A stretch of 32,000 bases of DNA from Candidatus Saccharimonadota bacterium (GTDB lineage: Bacteria; Patescibacteriota; Gracilibacteria; UBA1369; 2-02-FULL-48-14): assembly GCA_965230905.1 (NCBI GenBank), contig OZ246396.1:720001-752000 (forward strand), in the 5' to 3' direction. The position numbers and the translations under genes were made by a program. The number at the start of each line of letters is the position of its first letter. The first letter of the stretch is position 1. The notes under the pieces were generated by a model that saw only the letters and a list, made by a program, of their open reading frames with translations, was not told where the DNA came from and did not search any database. Positions 23,700 through 32,000 of the stretch are shown in pieces.

Positions 23700-23913
23700 A
23701 TTTCTTTAACGGCACATCTACGGAGACTACCATTTGAATATTGTATGAAGGTTCTTCAACTAAATCGTCGTCCAAGTAAAGTTCAATAGCTTCTTGAATG
23801 TTTCTTTTAGCTTCCTCTAAAGTGTCTCCTTGTGAAAAACAACCTGGAAGGGTTGGAACGCTTACTGAAAAGCGTCCATCATCTTCTTGAGTGAATACAG
23901 TTAGGAAAGACAT
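23692..23913 (-). CDS. hicB: HicB-family antitoxin (UPF0150-like, no obvious DNA-binding extension)
   Basis: 73 aa. FSVSVPTLPGCFSQGDTLEEAKRNIQEAIELYL is the typical HicB partial RNase H-like fold signature. Confidence 0.85.
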   Translation of the reverse strand: MSFLTVFTQEDDGRFSVSVPTLPGCFSQGDTLEEAKRNIQEAIELYLDDDLVEEPSYNIQMVVSVDVPLKKYA

Positions 23914-23999
23914 AGTTTGAATTAGGGTACAGCGATCATACCATAGTCTTTTAAGATTTTGAATTTAATAGTATGCTCTGTGTTAAGTAACCCCACACC

Positions 24000-25766
24000 A
24001 TGAAAAAGATCACACTGTTCTTTCAATCGCTTTTTGCACGGACCATGGAGGCCTTTCGCCGCTTTCCGGTGAGCATAGTGCTCATTGTGCTGGCCTTTGG
24101 TCTGATGATGTACAACCTGTGGAGTGAATTTTACGATAGTGAGGAGGGCGTTCTACGTCTGATTGTTATTCTCTGGATTGTGCTGCCAATCTTCACGGCG
24201 TCGACGCTTTTCTTTAAGCAACGCTGGGGACTTTTGCTTGGCGTGCTGGCGGGGGTGGTTTTGTACTTTACGACTCACGATGCCATGACGCAGGAAGATA
24301 CGCAGATTTTGACGATGTGGGGTTTTGCCTTTTATAGTTTGATGTTTGTGTTGCCGCACTGGAAGCGCAACCAAAACAATGGGTTTTGGAATTATTGTGC
24401 GCAGATTTTCTTTATCTTGGTTTTGGGATTGGTGTGCAGTGGGATTTTGGCGCTCTCGCTCACGCTCGCTATTGAAAGCATCCGTACTTTGTTTGAACTG
24501 AACATTGATTACCGTTGGAACGAAACCATGGTTATGTTTTCTTTCTTCTTTGTATTGCCGATTTTTGTGCACGTGGGACTTCCGCAGGAATGGGAGGATT
24601 TGGAAAAAAGCACAGACTATCCTCACTTTTTCAAACCTATCAGTCATTACTTGCTCACGCCCATTTCTCTTTTGTATTTCGCCATTTTGACGGCTTATGT
24701 GGTGAAGATTTTGGTCACGCAAGTGTGGCCTTCCGGGCAAGTGGCGTACCCGGTGCTCTTCCTTTCCGCTTTGGTTTTTGGTTCTTATCTCCTTTCGTAT
24801 CCTTGGAGAAAAGAATGGAATAAATGGTTCTTCACCGCGCTGCTTCCTTTTATTGCGATTTATTTCATCGCTCTTGGAATGCGTGTGGAGCAATACGGGC
24901 TTACGGAACTTCGTTACCTTGGACTTTTACTTGGAGTTTGTTTGACTCTCATGTCCTTTTACTTTGCGTTTGTTAAACGTCAGCGACTTCAAATGATGCT
25001 CATTCCACTCGCAATTGGTGCTTTTGTATTCGCCATGGGGCCTTGGGGCGCTTCGACTTTGCCGATTTATTCCCAAAAAGATCGTCTGGAAAACTTGCTT
25101 ACGGAAATTGGTGCGCTGCAAGATGGAAGATTGGTAGTGGTGGATGCGGCCGCTGTAAGCATTGAACAGGAAGTTGAAATCAGTTCGATTGTTGAATACC
25201 TCTATTACCGGGATCATTTGGATGATTTGCAGGCTTGGACGGATGTGGATCTTTCGGACGACGAGGACGAAAAAGGCATTTATAGAGACCTAACTACAGA
25301 ATTTATGGGAGCGATGGGTCTTGAATACACGCCTTGGTATTGGGGGCAGGAAGACGATTTGTATTTTGATCACAACTCGACTTACAGCCAGACCTTCTAC
25401 GTTACTGGTTTTGATGCCATAGCTGATTTTGACGCCAACTACGATGTGAATTGGCCCAGCGATCCACGGATCTACACCTGGTCTAACGGGGAAACGATCA
25501 CCTTTGCCATGAGCCCCGAGGGCGTGCTCACGCTCACCAGCGGAACCAGCACGTTGACTTATGACGTGATGGCGCTGCACCGCGAATTGGAGGCCAGCGG
25601 AAGCTACTATGAACTGGATCCTGAAGAGCTCATGCTGGACGCCGAAGACGAAGCTCTAAAGGTTCGGCTCTACCTAAACGCTATGAACGGAGCCTACACG
25701 GATTCATCTGAAGAAACCCTCCAAAATCTAAACATATGGGGGAAAGTGATGGTGGATTTTAAGTAG
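24000..25766 (+). CDS. Polytopic membrane protein (DUF4153-like) with soluble acidic C-terminal domain
   Basis: 588 aa. About 10 hydrophobic helices in the first ~350 aa, then an Asp/Glu/Tyr-rich soluble region. The DUF4153 assignment is from memory of the architecture only. Confidence 0.75.
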   Translation: MKKITLFFQSLFARTMEAFRRFPVSIVLIVLAFGLMMYNLWSEFYDSEEGVLRLIVILWIVLPIFTASTLFFKQRWGLLLGVLAGVVLYFTTHDAMTQEDTQILTMWGFAFYSLMFVLPHWKRNQNNGFWNYCAQIFFILVLGLVCSGILALSLTLAIESIRTLFELNIDYRWNETMVMFSFFFVLPIFVHVGLPQEWEDLEKSTDYPHFFKPISHYLLTPISLLYFAILTAYVVKILVTQVWPSGQVAYPVLFLSALVFGSYLLSYPWRKEWNKWFFTALLPFIAIYFIALGMRVEQYGLTELRYLGLLLGVCLTLMSFYFAFVKRQRLQMMLIPLAIGAFVFAMGPWGASTLPIYSQKDRLENLLTEIGALQDGRLVVVDAAAVSIEQEVEISSIVEYLYYRDHLDDLQAWTDVDLSDDEDEKGIYRDLTTEFMGAMGLEYTPWYWGQEDDLYFDHNSTYSQTFYVTGFDAIADFDANYDVNWPSDPRIYTWSNGETITFAMSPEGVLTLTSGTSTLTYDVMALHRELEASGSYYELDPEELMLDAEDEALKVRLYLNAMNGAYTDSSEETLQNLNIWGKVMVDFK

Positions 25767-25767
25767 G

Positions 25768-26670
25768 CTAGCGAGCCAGTTCCACCACAATAGGGTAGTG
25801 GTCGGCGGCGATAGGTTCAGTCCGATGAAAATCAACAAGTTCCCATCCTTCACTCAGCAGTGCGTGATCGATGGGAATTTTGAAAAAGGCATTGTGGGCG
25901 TGCCAGGTGGGGAGGAGGCCAAAGCCCACGCGGGCGTCGCTGAGCTGCGCGGTTTCCATGAGCTCGGTGAGGTAGGGCGACCACGGAGTGGAGTTGAAGT
26001 CGCCCATGATAACGGTGGGGAGCGGGCTGGAATTAACGTAGCTGGCCAGGTCGGCGAATTGAGCGTTTCTTTCCGTGGCCCAGGCGGGCGTGAGGGGGGC
26101 GGCGGGGTGTACGCCGAGCACGCGGTAGGAGCTATCTTCAGGTATGAACTCCAGGCCAAATTTGCTGCCCAGTGGAATTTCGGTGAAGCTGCCGGGAATG
26201 CGGCTGGCCATGGCGATGCCTTGTACGCCCAGATCATTTGAGAGGGCACTATAAGGGTAGTCGGCGCGGAAAAGTTCAATGCCCTGAGTCCATTGTTCGC
26301 CGGCTTCGTGGATCATGAAGAGGTCTGGATTTTCTTGGGCGAGGATGGGTTGGAGTTCCTCAAAATCGTCGTTGGTGTAGTAGAAATTGCTGGAGAGAAT
26401 GGTGAGAGTTGGCTTGGCGGCGGAGGGGGTGGAACGGCTTAGGTAAGGGCTCAGGGTTCCCAGGTGGATGCTGGTGAAGGTTAGGAAGAGCAGGGCGAGT
26501 TTCCAGTGACGGCGATTGATGGCGAAGAGCGCGAGGAGGGTTCCCAGCAGGGCGTAGTAGTGAGCGTAGTGAACAAAGAGTTCAAAGAACCACCAGGTTT
26601 TGGCCAGGAAGAGAGTGAGTTGGAGGAAAAAGAAGCCGGCGCAAGCCAGGGCGAGGAACTTTTTAAGCAT
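25768..26670 (-). CDS. Endonuclease/exonuclease/phosphatase (EEP) family protein with N-terminal TM helices
   Basis: VIMGDFNSTPWSP and PIDHALLS catalytic motifs of the EEP fold. Three N-terminal hydrophobic helices. Confidence 0.85.
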   Translation of the reverse strand: MLKKFLALACAGFFFLQLTLFLAKTWWFFELFVHYAHYYALLGTLLALFAINRRHWKLALLFLTFTSIHLGTLSPYLSRSTPSAAKPTLTILSSNFYYTNDDFEELQPILAQENPDLFMIHEAGEQWTQGIELFRADYPYSALSNDLGVQGIAMASRIPGSFTEIPLGSKFGLEFIPEDSSYRVLGVHPAAPLTPAWATERNAQFADLASYVNSSPLPTVIMGDFNSTPWSPYLTELMETAQLSDARVGFGLLPTWHAHNAFFKIPIDHALLSEGWELVDFHRTEPIAADHYPIVVELAR

Positions 26671-26751
26671 GCCGGAAGTTTAGACTAAGATTTGCTGCTT
26701 GTGAACCTGTAAAGTATTTGCTAGCATTGGGGCCGATTTATTTGTTTTGGA

Positions 26752-28995
26752 ATGGTAAAAAGACGAACCACCCGTCGACGGAAATCCGCACCGATTTTAA
26801 ACTTTGAAGTGGAAAGCCACATCATGCGTGAAATTTGGGCTGTGGCGTATTTGGCTTTGGCCGCTTTGACCTGGCTTTCGCTGAATCAACAGCTCGGTGT
26901 GCTTGGGGATTTGTGGGTTTCTGGTTTGCGGCCGCTCTTTGGAGTGGGCCTCGAGGCCGTGCCAGTTGCACTGCTGTTTATGGGCGCTTCCGTGTTTTTC
27001 TCCAAGAAAATTAGCTGGGGTCTCGCGCGCATGACGGGGATTTTTTGTTTGGCCGTTTCGATTTTGGGCTTCATCCACATGTCCGTGCCCGAGGCGGAAC
27101 TTTTGGAAACCGCGCAACGTGGGGAAGGCGGAGGTTATATTGGATTCGTTTCCAGCTTTATTTTTTCCGCAGCCTTTGGACGCGTGGGAGCTTACGTGCT
27201 TTTGATGGCCACTTTTTTGATTGGAATTTTGCTCACGCTGCAGGTGAGTTTGGGCGCCATTGCCCGCTTCATCACTCCTACGCCCAAGATGGTGCGCAAG
27301 GTGATCGACAGCGCGACTCCCGAGTTCACGGTTACGCATGACCACGAGGACGACGAACTGCGCATTGTGAGCCCTGAGCCGGTGATGTCCAAGGCGGAAG
27401 AACTGCTGAGCATGACCATTAAGGAACTCAGTTTGAAGGAAGTGGAGGATCGTTTGGCGAGTGGCGAGGAGGAAGATGACGACAACGTGCCGGTCATGAA
27501 GGACGAAGACGAAGCGGAAGTCACGGTGGTGGATAAGCATGGGGTGGAGACTAGCAATAAAAAGAAGAAGGAGGACGTGGTGGAGTGGAATTATCCGCCC
27601 ATGGATTTGCTGGAAATTGGAAAGGAAACTTTTGAAATCAATGAGAGCGAATTGAAGCGCAAGGCCGACATGATCAAGACTAAGCTCGAGCAGTTTGGCA
27701 TTGATGTGAGTATGAACGAGGTGCACGTGGGGCCCACGGTGGTGCAGTACACGCTGCGGCCGGCGGATGGGGTGAAGCTTTCTAAAATCACGTCACTCAA
27801 GAATGACATTGCGCTTGCGTTGGCGGCGCCGGCCGTTCGTATTGAAGCGCCGATTCCCGGAAAATCTTTGGTGGGAATTGAAATTCCAAGCTCCAACCGA
27901 AGCACCGTGCACATGCGCGAAATGATGGAAACCAGCGAGTACACCAAAGAAAAATCCGGACTCAAAATTGCACTCGGGCGAGATGTGTCGGGGCGGTCCA
28001 TTGTCGCAGATTTGGCCAAGATGCCGCACTTGCTGATTGCCGGAGCCACGGGGTCTGGTAAATCCGTTGGACTCAACAGTTTTTTGATTTCTTTCCTCTA
28101 CAACAACTCACCAAGGGATTTGAAGTTTATTATGATCGACCCTAAGCAAGTGGAACTTTCCACGTACAACGGGCTGCCGCATTTGCTCACGCCGGTGATC
28201 ACGGATCCTGAAAAGGCCGCGACCGCATTGCGTTGGGCGGTTGCCGAAATGAATCGACGTTACAAGGTGTGTGCGGAGGCCGGTCACCGCAATATTGCGG
28301 ACTACAATGCCGACCGCAAGACCGCTGAAAAAATGCCAAAAATTGTGATTGTGATCGACGAGTTGGCCGATCTCATGATGCAGGCCCAGAAGGAAGTAGA
28401 AGCCTCCATTTGTCGTATTGCCCAGATGGCGCGCGCCGTGGGAATGCACCTTATTGTGGCGACTCAGCGTCCTTCGGTTGATGTCATCACCGGTTTGATT
28501 AAAGCAAACATCCCGGCGCGTATCGCCTTCACGGTGGCGTCTGGGGTAGATAGCCGAACCATTTTGGATACCGGCGGCGCGGAAGATTTGCTGGGCCAGG
28601 GGGACATGCTGTATTTGAGCGGAACCATGGGCAAACCGATTCGTGTGCAAGGAATTTATGTGTCGTCTAAGGAAATTGAAAAGGTGACGAACCGTCTTAA
28701 ACTCACTCACGAACCAACGTACCAACAGGACATCACATCCAAGGAAACCGCTCACCGTCAGGTGCAAGGTGTGCCCGACATTCCCGCTGAAGCCAAGAGC
28801 GACGAAGAGCTCGTGAACCAGGCCATTGAATGTTTGAAGAAGAATCGCAAAGCGGCGTCGACTTCATCACTGCAACGTTACCTACGCATTGGCTATTCCC
28901 GTGCCGCTCGTATTATTGATTTGCTGGAACAAGCCGGCGTGATTGGGCCTGCGCAAGGAAGTAAACCACGTGATGTGTTTGTGAGGGAGGATTGA
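26752..28995 (+). CDS. ftsK: DNA translocase FtsK
   Basis: N-terminal TM helices, acidic linker, motor domain with Walker A GATGSGKSV and Walker B VIVIDELADLM, C-terminal gamma winged helix SLQRYLRIGYSRAARIIDLLEQAGVIGP. Confidence 0.97.
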   Translation: MVKRRTTRRRKSAPILNFEVESHIMREIWAVAYLALAALTWLSLNQQLGVLGDLWVSGLRPLFGVGLEAVPVALLFMGASVFFSKKISWGLARMTGIFCLAVSILGFIHMSVPEAELLETAQRGEGGGYIGFVSSFIFSAAFGRVGAYVLLMATFLIGILLTLQVSLGAIARFITPTPKMVRKVIDSATPEFTVTHDHEDDELRIVSPEPVMSKAEELLSMTIKELSLKEVEDRLASGEEEDDDNVPVMKDEDEAEVTVVDKHGVETSNKKKKEDVVEWNYPPMDLLEIGKETFEINESELKRKADMIKTKLEQFGIDVSMNEVHVGPTVVQYTLRPADGVKLSKITSLKNDIALALAAPAVRIEAPIPGKSLVGIEIPSSNRSTVHMREMMETSEYTKEKSGLKIALGRDVSGRSIVADLAKMPHLLIAGATGSGKSVGLNSFLISFLYNNSPRDLKFIMIDPKQVELSTYNGLPHLLTPVITDPEKAATALRWAVAEMNRRYKVCAEAGHRNIADYNADRKTAEKMPKIVIVIDELADLMMQAQKEVEASICRIAQMARAVGMHLIVATQRPSVDVITGLIKANIPARIAFTVASGVDSRTILDTGGAEDLLGQGDMLYLSGTMGKPIRVQGIYVSSKEIEKVTNRLKLTHEPTYQQDITSKETAHRQVQGVPDIPAEAKSDEELVNQAIECLKKNRKAASTSSLQRYLRIGYSRAARIIDLLEQAGVIGPAQGSKPRDVFVRED

Positions 28996-29010
28996 ACTTA
29001 AATTTTTCTC

Positions 29011-29946
29011 TTGAATCCAAATTTTTTCATAAAATATCGAGGCACAAATAGTGAATCTGACTCGGAAATTGATTTAGGTACTTTGGGTGATTCGATCGTT
29101 GGTTTTAATAGTGTTATAAAGGAAGTTTTTTCAATCTCTAAAATTCAAGGTGAACTCAAGGTAACAGCTACTGAGTTAAGGCAAGGATCTTTGATTGTTG
29201 ATATTATTCTCAAAATCTTTGTAGAGAACAAAGAGGCGATATTTAAGACGATTCCTGATTTGCTCGATTACCTTAAGGTTATTGATGTGGATGCGTGTAA
29301 GCGAGCCATAGAGTTCTTTAATACCTCTTTCGATATAGGTGCTGATGTACATCAAAAAATGAATGCATATGCTAGCAAGTACCCAGCTGATTATGATCTT
29401 ATAAAATTAGGCCTTGGGTCTTTTGTTCTTTACCTACTTAAGAAAGCAAAAACTCAAAAGCAGCGTCCTGATTTAAACGAACTGCCTTCAGGCTATGCAG
29501 TTAAAGTTCATAACATGATACGAAGGCGCAAATTTAAAAGAGCTTTGAAGCCTTTTATAGATGATGAAGTTAGTACTATTGAGATAAGTGCTGACCGCCA
29601 ATTTCGGACTCCAGCTAAAATCGACACTGAAAACTTTGATAAGTATCTTAGTGAGTCTGAAGTTATTTTGCCCAATTATATTCATGGTAGAGTTTATAAA
29701 TTTAAAGGCACTATAGTCAGCATGCAGTGTAGTCATGGTGATTCGATGAAACTGCGTGTGATTGGCTTACCTCAAAAAGATAGAGATTTAGTGGCATTTC
29801 CTCCAGATGGTAGCTCTACTCGTGATTTTGATCAGTATTATGGTGAAACAGTATCTATTGATGCACTTATAGAACGCCGGTCTTTATACCAAAAACCTAA
29901 ACTACACATTCAGCATATCTCTTTAAATCAAGAAAGTTTTATTTAG
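29011..29946 (+). CDS. AT-rich orphan hypothetical protein (311 aa)
   Basis: TTG-initiated ORF 15 bp after ftsK. Visibly AT-rich: a hand count of the first 60 nt gives 18 G+C. No motif recognised. Lys-rich central segment KKAKTQKQR...IRRRKFKR. Confidence 0.6.
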   Translation: MNPNFFIKYRGTNSESDSEIDLGTLGDSIVGFNSVIKEVFSISKIQGELKVTATELRQGSLIVDIILKIFVENKEAIFKTIPDLLDYLKVIDVDACKRAIEFFNTSFDIGADVHQKMNAYASKYPADYDLIKLGLGSFVLYLLKKAKTQKQRPDLNELPSGYAVKVHNMIRRRKFKRALKPFIDDEVSTIEISADRQFRTPAKIDTENFDKYLSESEVILPNYIHGRVYKFKGTIVSMQCSHGDSMKLRVIGLPQKDRDLVAFPPDGSSTRDFDQYYGETVSIDALIERRSLYQKPKLHIQHISLNQESFI

Positions 29947-29956
29947 GTTTTTTGAA

Positions 29957-31138
29957 TTATACTTGAATGATTGTATTATCTTTTCTAAGCAGAAACCCTT
30001 TCGCTTCAGGAAACGAATTATAGCCTTTGGTGGACATGCTGGCGCAGTAGGCGCCGGTGCCTTCAATCAAGAATAGATCTCCGATCTCAGCTTTTTGGAG
30101 CAGACGGGGTTTGGGCACATCGCCGTTGCCGGGCTCCGGAGTCAGCAGGTCGCCGGATTCGCAGCAGTGGCCGACCACAATATATTCCTGGGTTTCGGAG
30201 CGGGGAGTTTGAGAAATTACGCTCATGCGGTGCTGCGCGCCGTAGTAAGAAGGGCGAATGATTTCGGTCATGCCGCAGTCGAGTTTGATGAACTTAAAGC
30301 GGTCGGTTTCGGTCATGTCTTGGATGCGGGAAAGGAGCACGCCCGCGTTGGCGGTGAGGTAGGTGCCGGGCTCAATTTCGAGTTTAATTTGTCGGCCCGT
30401 TTTGTCGGCAAAGTCGCGCAGGGCTTCACTCACTTTTTCGCTGATGGCCTGGAGGTCGGTTTGTTTTTCGCCTTCGTAGCGGGCCACTTTAAAGCCGCCG
30501 CCCAGGTTTAAAATAGTTGCGGTTGGGAAGCGCTCTAAAAAAGTGAGCATGAGTTCGGTGCTGCGTTTCCACACCTCGGGGTCGGCGCCGGAACCGATGT
30601 GGCTGTGGATGCGTTTCACCGTGAGCTCGTGTTTTTCAAGGAGCGCTGTGGCCTCCGCTAGGTGCTCGTGCCAAATCCCAAAACTGGATTCGCTGCCGCC
30701 CACATTGGTTTTTGCAAAAGCGCCGCTGCCTTCGCCCGGGTTGATGCGCAGGCTCACTTCGGTGCCCGGGAATTGCTCACCATATTTTTCAAGTTGGTGC
30801 AGGGAACATGCATTGAACTGCACGCCTTTTTGAATGAGCGCCGCGAGGTCGCGAGGAAATTCTTGAGAGGTGAGTAGGATGTGCTCGCCGGGAATTCCGT
30901 AGTCCAGCGCTCGCAGGGCTTCGTATTCGGAACTCGCATCGATGTGAATGCCCATTTTATAAAACAGCTCGATGATGGCGCGGTTGGGATTCGCTTTCAT
31001 GGCGTAACTCACTTGCAGTCCAAAAGGCGCTTGAAAGGCGAGGGCTTGCTGGGCCGCTTGTCCCAGCGCGTCTTCAAAATACACATAAACCGGCGTTCCA
31101 AACTGCTCGGCAATTTTAAGCGCTTGCGGGTGTTCCAT
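29957..31138 (-). CDS. lysA: PLP-dependent group IV decarboxylase (Orn/DAP/Arg family), most likely diaminopimelate decarboxylase
   Basis: PLP-lysine motif YAMKANPN, HSHIGSG, LNLGGGF, EIEPGT and GHCCESGD blocks. EPGT instead of EPGR and DASSEYE instead of D.VS.GE leave substrate specificity open (for example carboxynorspermidine). Confidence 0.8.
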   Translation of the reverse strand: MEHPQALKIAEQFGTPVYVYFEDALGQAAQQALAFQAPFGLQVSYAMKANPNRAIIELFYKMGIHIDASSEYEALRALDYGIPGEHILLTSQEFPRDLAALIQKGVQFNACSLHQLEKYGEQFPGTEVSLRINPGEGSGAFAKTNVGGSESSFGIWHEHLAEATALLEKHELTVKRIHSHIGSGADPEVWKRSTELMLTFLERFPTATILNLGGGFKVARYEGEKQTDLQAISEKVSEALRDFADKTGRQIKLEIEPGTYLTANAGVLLSRIQDMTETDRFKFIKLDCGMTEIIRPSYYGAQHRMSVISQTPRSETQEYIVVGHCCESGDLLTPEPGNGDVPKPRLLQKAEIGDLFLIEGTGAYCASMSTKGYNSFPEAKGFLLRKDNTIIQV

Positions 31139-32000
31139 GGAAATGATTATGCAGAATTACTTCTGCCTCGAACAGTTGATTTTGTGGGACCATCATCACG
31201 GTCACTCCACGGTCGGGCAAAGCGTGCATGTAGTTAACGCTAATGCCATTTGCTTCTAAAAGCTTCCAGAGTGGATGTTCGTTGAAATTTTCGGTTTGAG
31301 CTACAATTTTCAAGTCGGTGCGGGATTCGAAAGTCCAACCGTTCCCAAAAGCTTCATAGAGAGCGTCGCGCAGTCTACTGATGTCTGCCGTTTGAATGTG
31401 TTCATCTAGGGTAACGGTCCAAGTGGTTTCGGAACTGAAGGTTTGATCAATATTGTAATCACGCAGCACGGCCGTTATAACTGCCAGCACTCCGGGGGAA
31501 TCGCTCATGGGACCCTCAATGGTCAGCGCGTAAGGAATGGGTACGCCTTCTGCTGAATTCTCTAGCACCGTAGCGGCAAAAGGAGGCTGGGCCACCCGGT
31601 TAGACATGAGTACTTTTCCGCTGGCGCTGCTAGTGGGATGCTCGCGTTGAGAGCCTCCCAGACAAAAAACCATTCCCAGTTCATCTTGTTTTTGAACCGT
31701 GAAGGAATCGTCCTCCAGGCGGAGTCTTAAACACGCTTCTATTTCTTCAGGTTCTTCATCTTTTAAGGTGTTGTCTAGGGTGAGGGTCACGGTGTCTCGT
31801 GTGCTGATGGTTTGATCAATATTGTCGTTTTTCAAAAGGGAGGTGATGGCGGCCAAAACTCCTTTTCGGTTCGCCATATTGCCTTCAATTCGTAGCACGC
31901 TTTTTGTTGCTCGTGGCTGCACAATTTCTAATTCGTCTACTTCTAAGCCGGCATGCCAGGGAATATAGGTGGTGCCTTCTTCGGGCTTGTCTGGATCGCC
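31116..32000 (-). CDS. ACT-domain repeat protein, 5' end outside window (possibly the regulatory half of an aspartate kinase)
   Basis: The frame is open past the track's GTG 31922 to the window edge. Two internal repeats, LRIEGNMANRKGVLAAITSLLKNDNIDQT and LTIEGPMSDSPGVLAVITAVLRDYNIDQT, look ACT-like. 23-bp overlap with the lysA-like start. Confidence 0.5.
   Translation of the reverse strand, partial: GDPDKPEEGTTYIPWHAGLEVDELEIVQPRATKSVLRIEGNMANRKGVLAAITSLLKNDNIDQTISTRDTVTLTLDNTLKDEEPEEIEACLRLRLEDDSFTVQKQDELGMVFCLGGSQREHPTSSASGKVLMSNRVAQPPFAATVLENSAEGVPIPYALTIEGPMSDSPGVLAVITAVLRDYNIDQTFSSETTWTVTLDEHIQTADISRLRDALYEAFGNGWTFESRTDLKIVAQTENFNEHPLWKLLEANGISVNYMHALPDRGVTVMMVPQNQLFEAEVILHNHFHGTPASA

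Noticed and set aside
24153-24893. 246-aa ORF on the minus strand
   Set aside because: Antisense to the polytopic membrane protein gene. The product is extremely basic and low complexity, with no independent support.
26797-27726. 309-aa ORF on the minus strand
   Set aside because: Antisense to the ftsK N-terminal and linker region. His/Gln/Arg-rich composition is typical of a shadow frame.
1-32000. CRISPR arrays, IS elements or transposases, rRNA genes
   Set aside because: Looked for regularly spaced direct repeats, terminal inverted repeats around transposase-like ORFs, and rRNA-like conserved strings. None was seen. The only repeat families are those reported above.

Overview
32-kb chromosomal window, about 50% GC by eye, standard genetic code, tightly packed genes with many 1-23 bp overlaps and almost no Shine-Dalgarno motifs. 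It looks like a small-genome uncultured bacterium (CPR/Patescibacteria-like), but that is inference only. Housekeeping content: a partial comEC-like gene, a SAM methyltransferase, tRNA-Glu(UUC), a DUF4349-like lipoprotein, nth, an FtsL/FtsB-like protein, an SLH+RlpA wall protein, the conserved jag-yidC-rnpA-rpmH cluster (rpmH is absent from the ORF track), an HNH endonuclease, a large PP2C-like/beta-propeller membrane protein, a phosphoketolase module (ackA, xfp, ndh-like, pta), gltX, a polytopic membrane protein, an EEP-family nuclease/phosphatase, ftsK, a lysA-like decarboxylase and a partial ACT-repeat gene. Four AT-rich accessory patches interrupt this backbone: (1) 2557-4002, directly downstream of tRNA-Glu and closed by an exact 14-bp copy of the tRNA 3' end; (2) 9882-11069, next to rpmH; (3) hicB-hicA, directly upstream of gltX; (4) an orphan 311-aa gene after ftsK. 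The strongest sequence-level observations are these. A 23-bp tandem duplication (10723-10776) splits one ~224-aa gene into two ORFs, and deleting one unit restores the frame exactly. A two-copy family of ~100-nt intergenic hairpin elements (6641-6739 and 13992-14090) has a conserved core and arms that differ between copies yet stay perfectly complementary. The tRNA-anchored islet has att-like repeats but no integrase. No CRISPR array, IS element or rRNA was seen. All family names come from motif recognition by eye, not from database searches.
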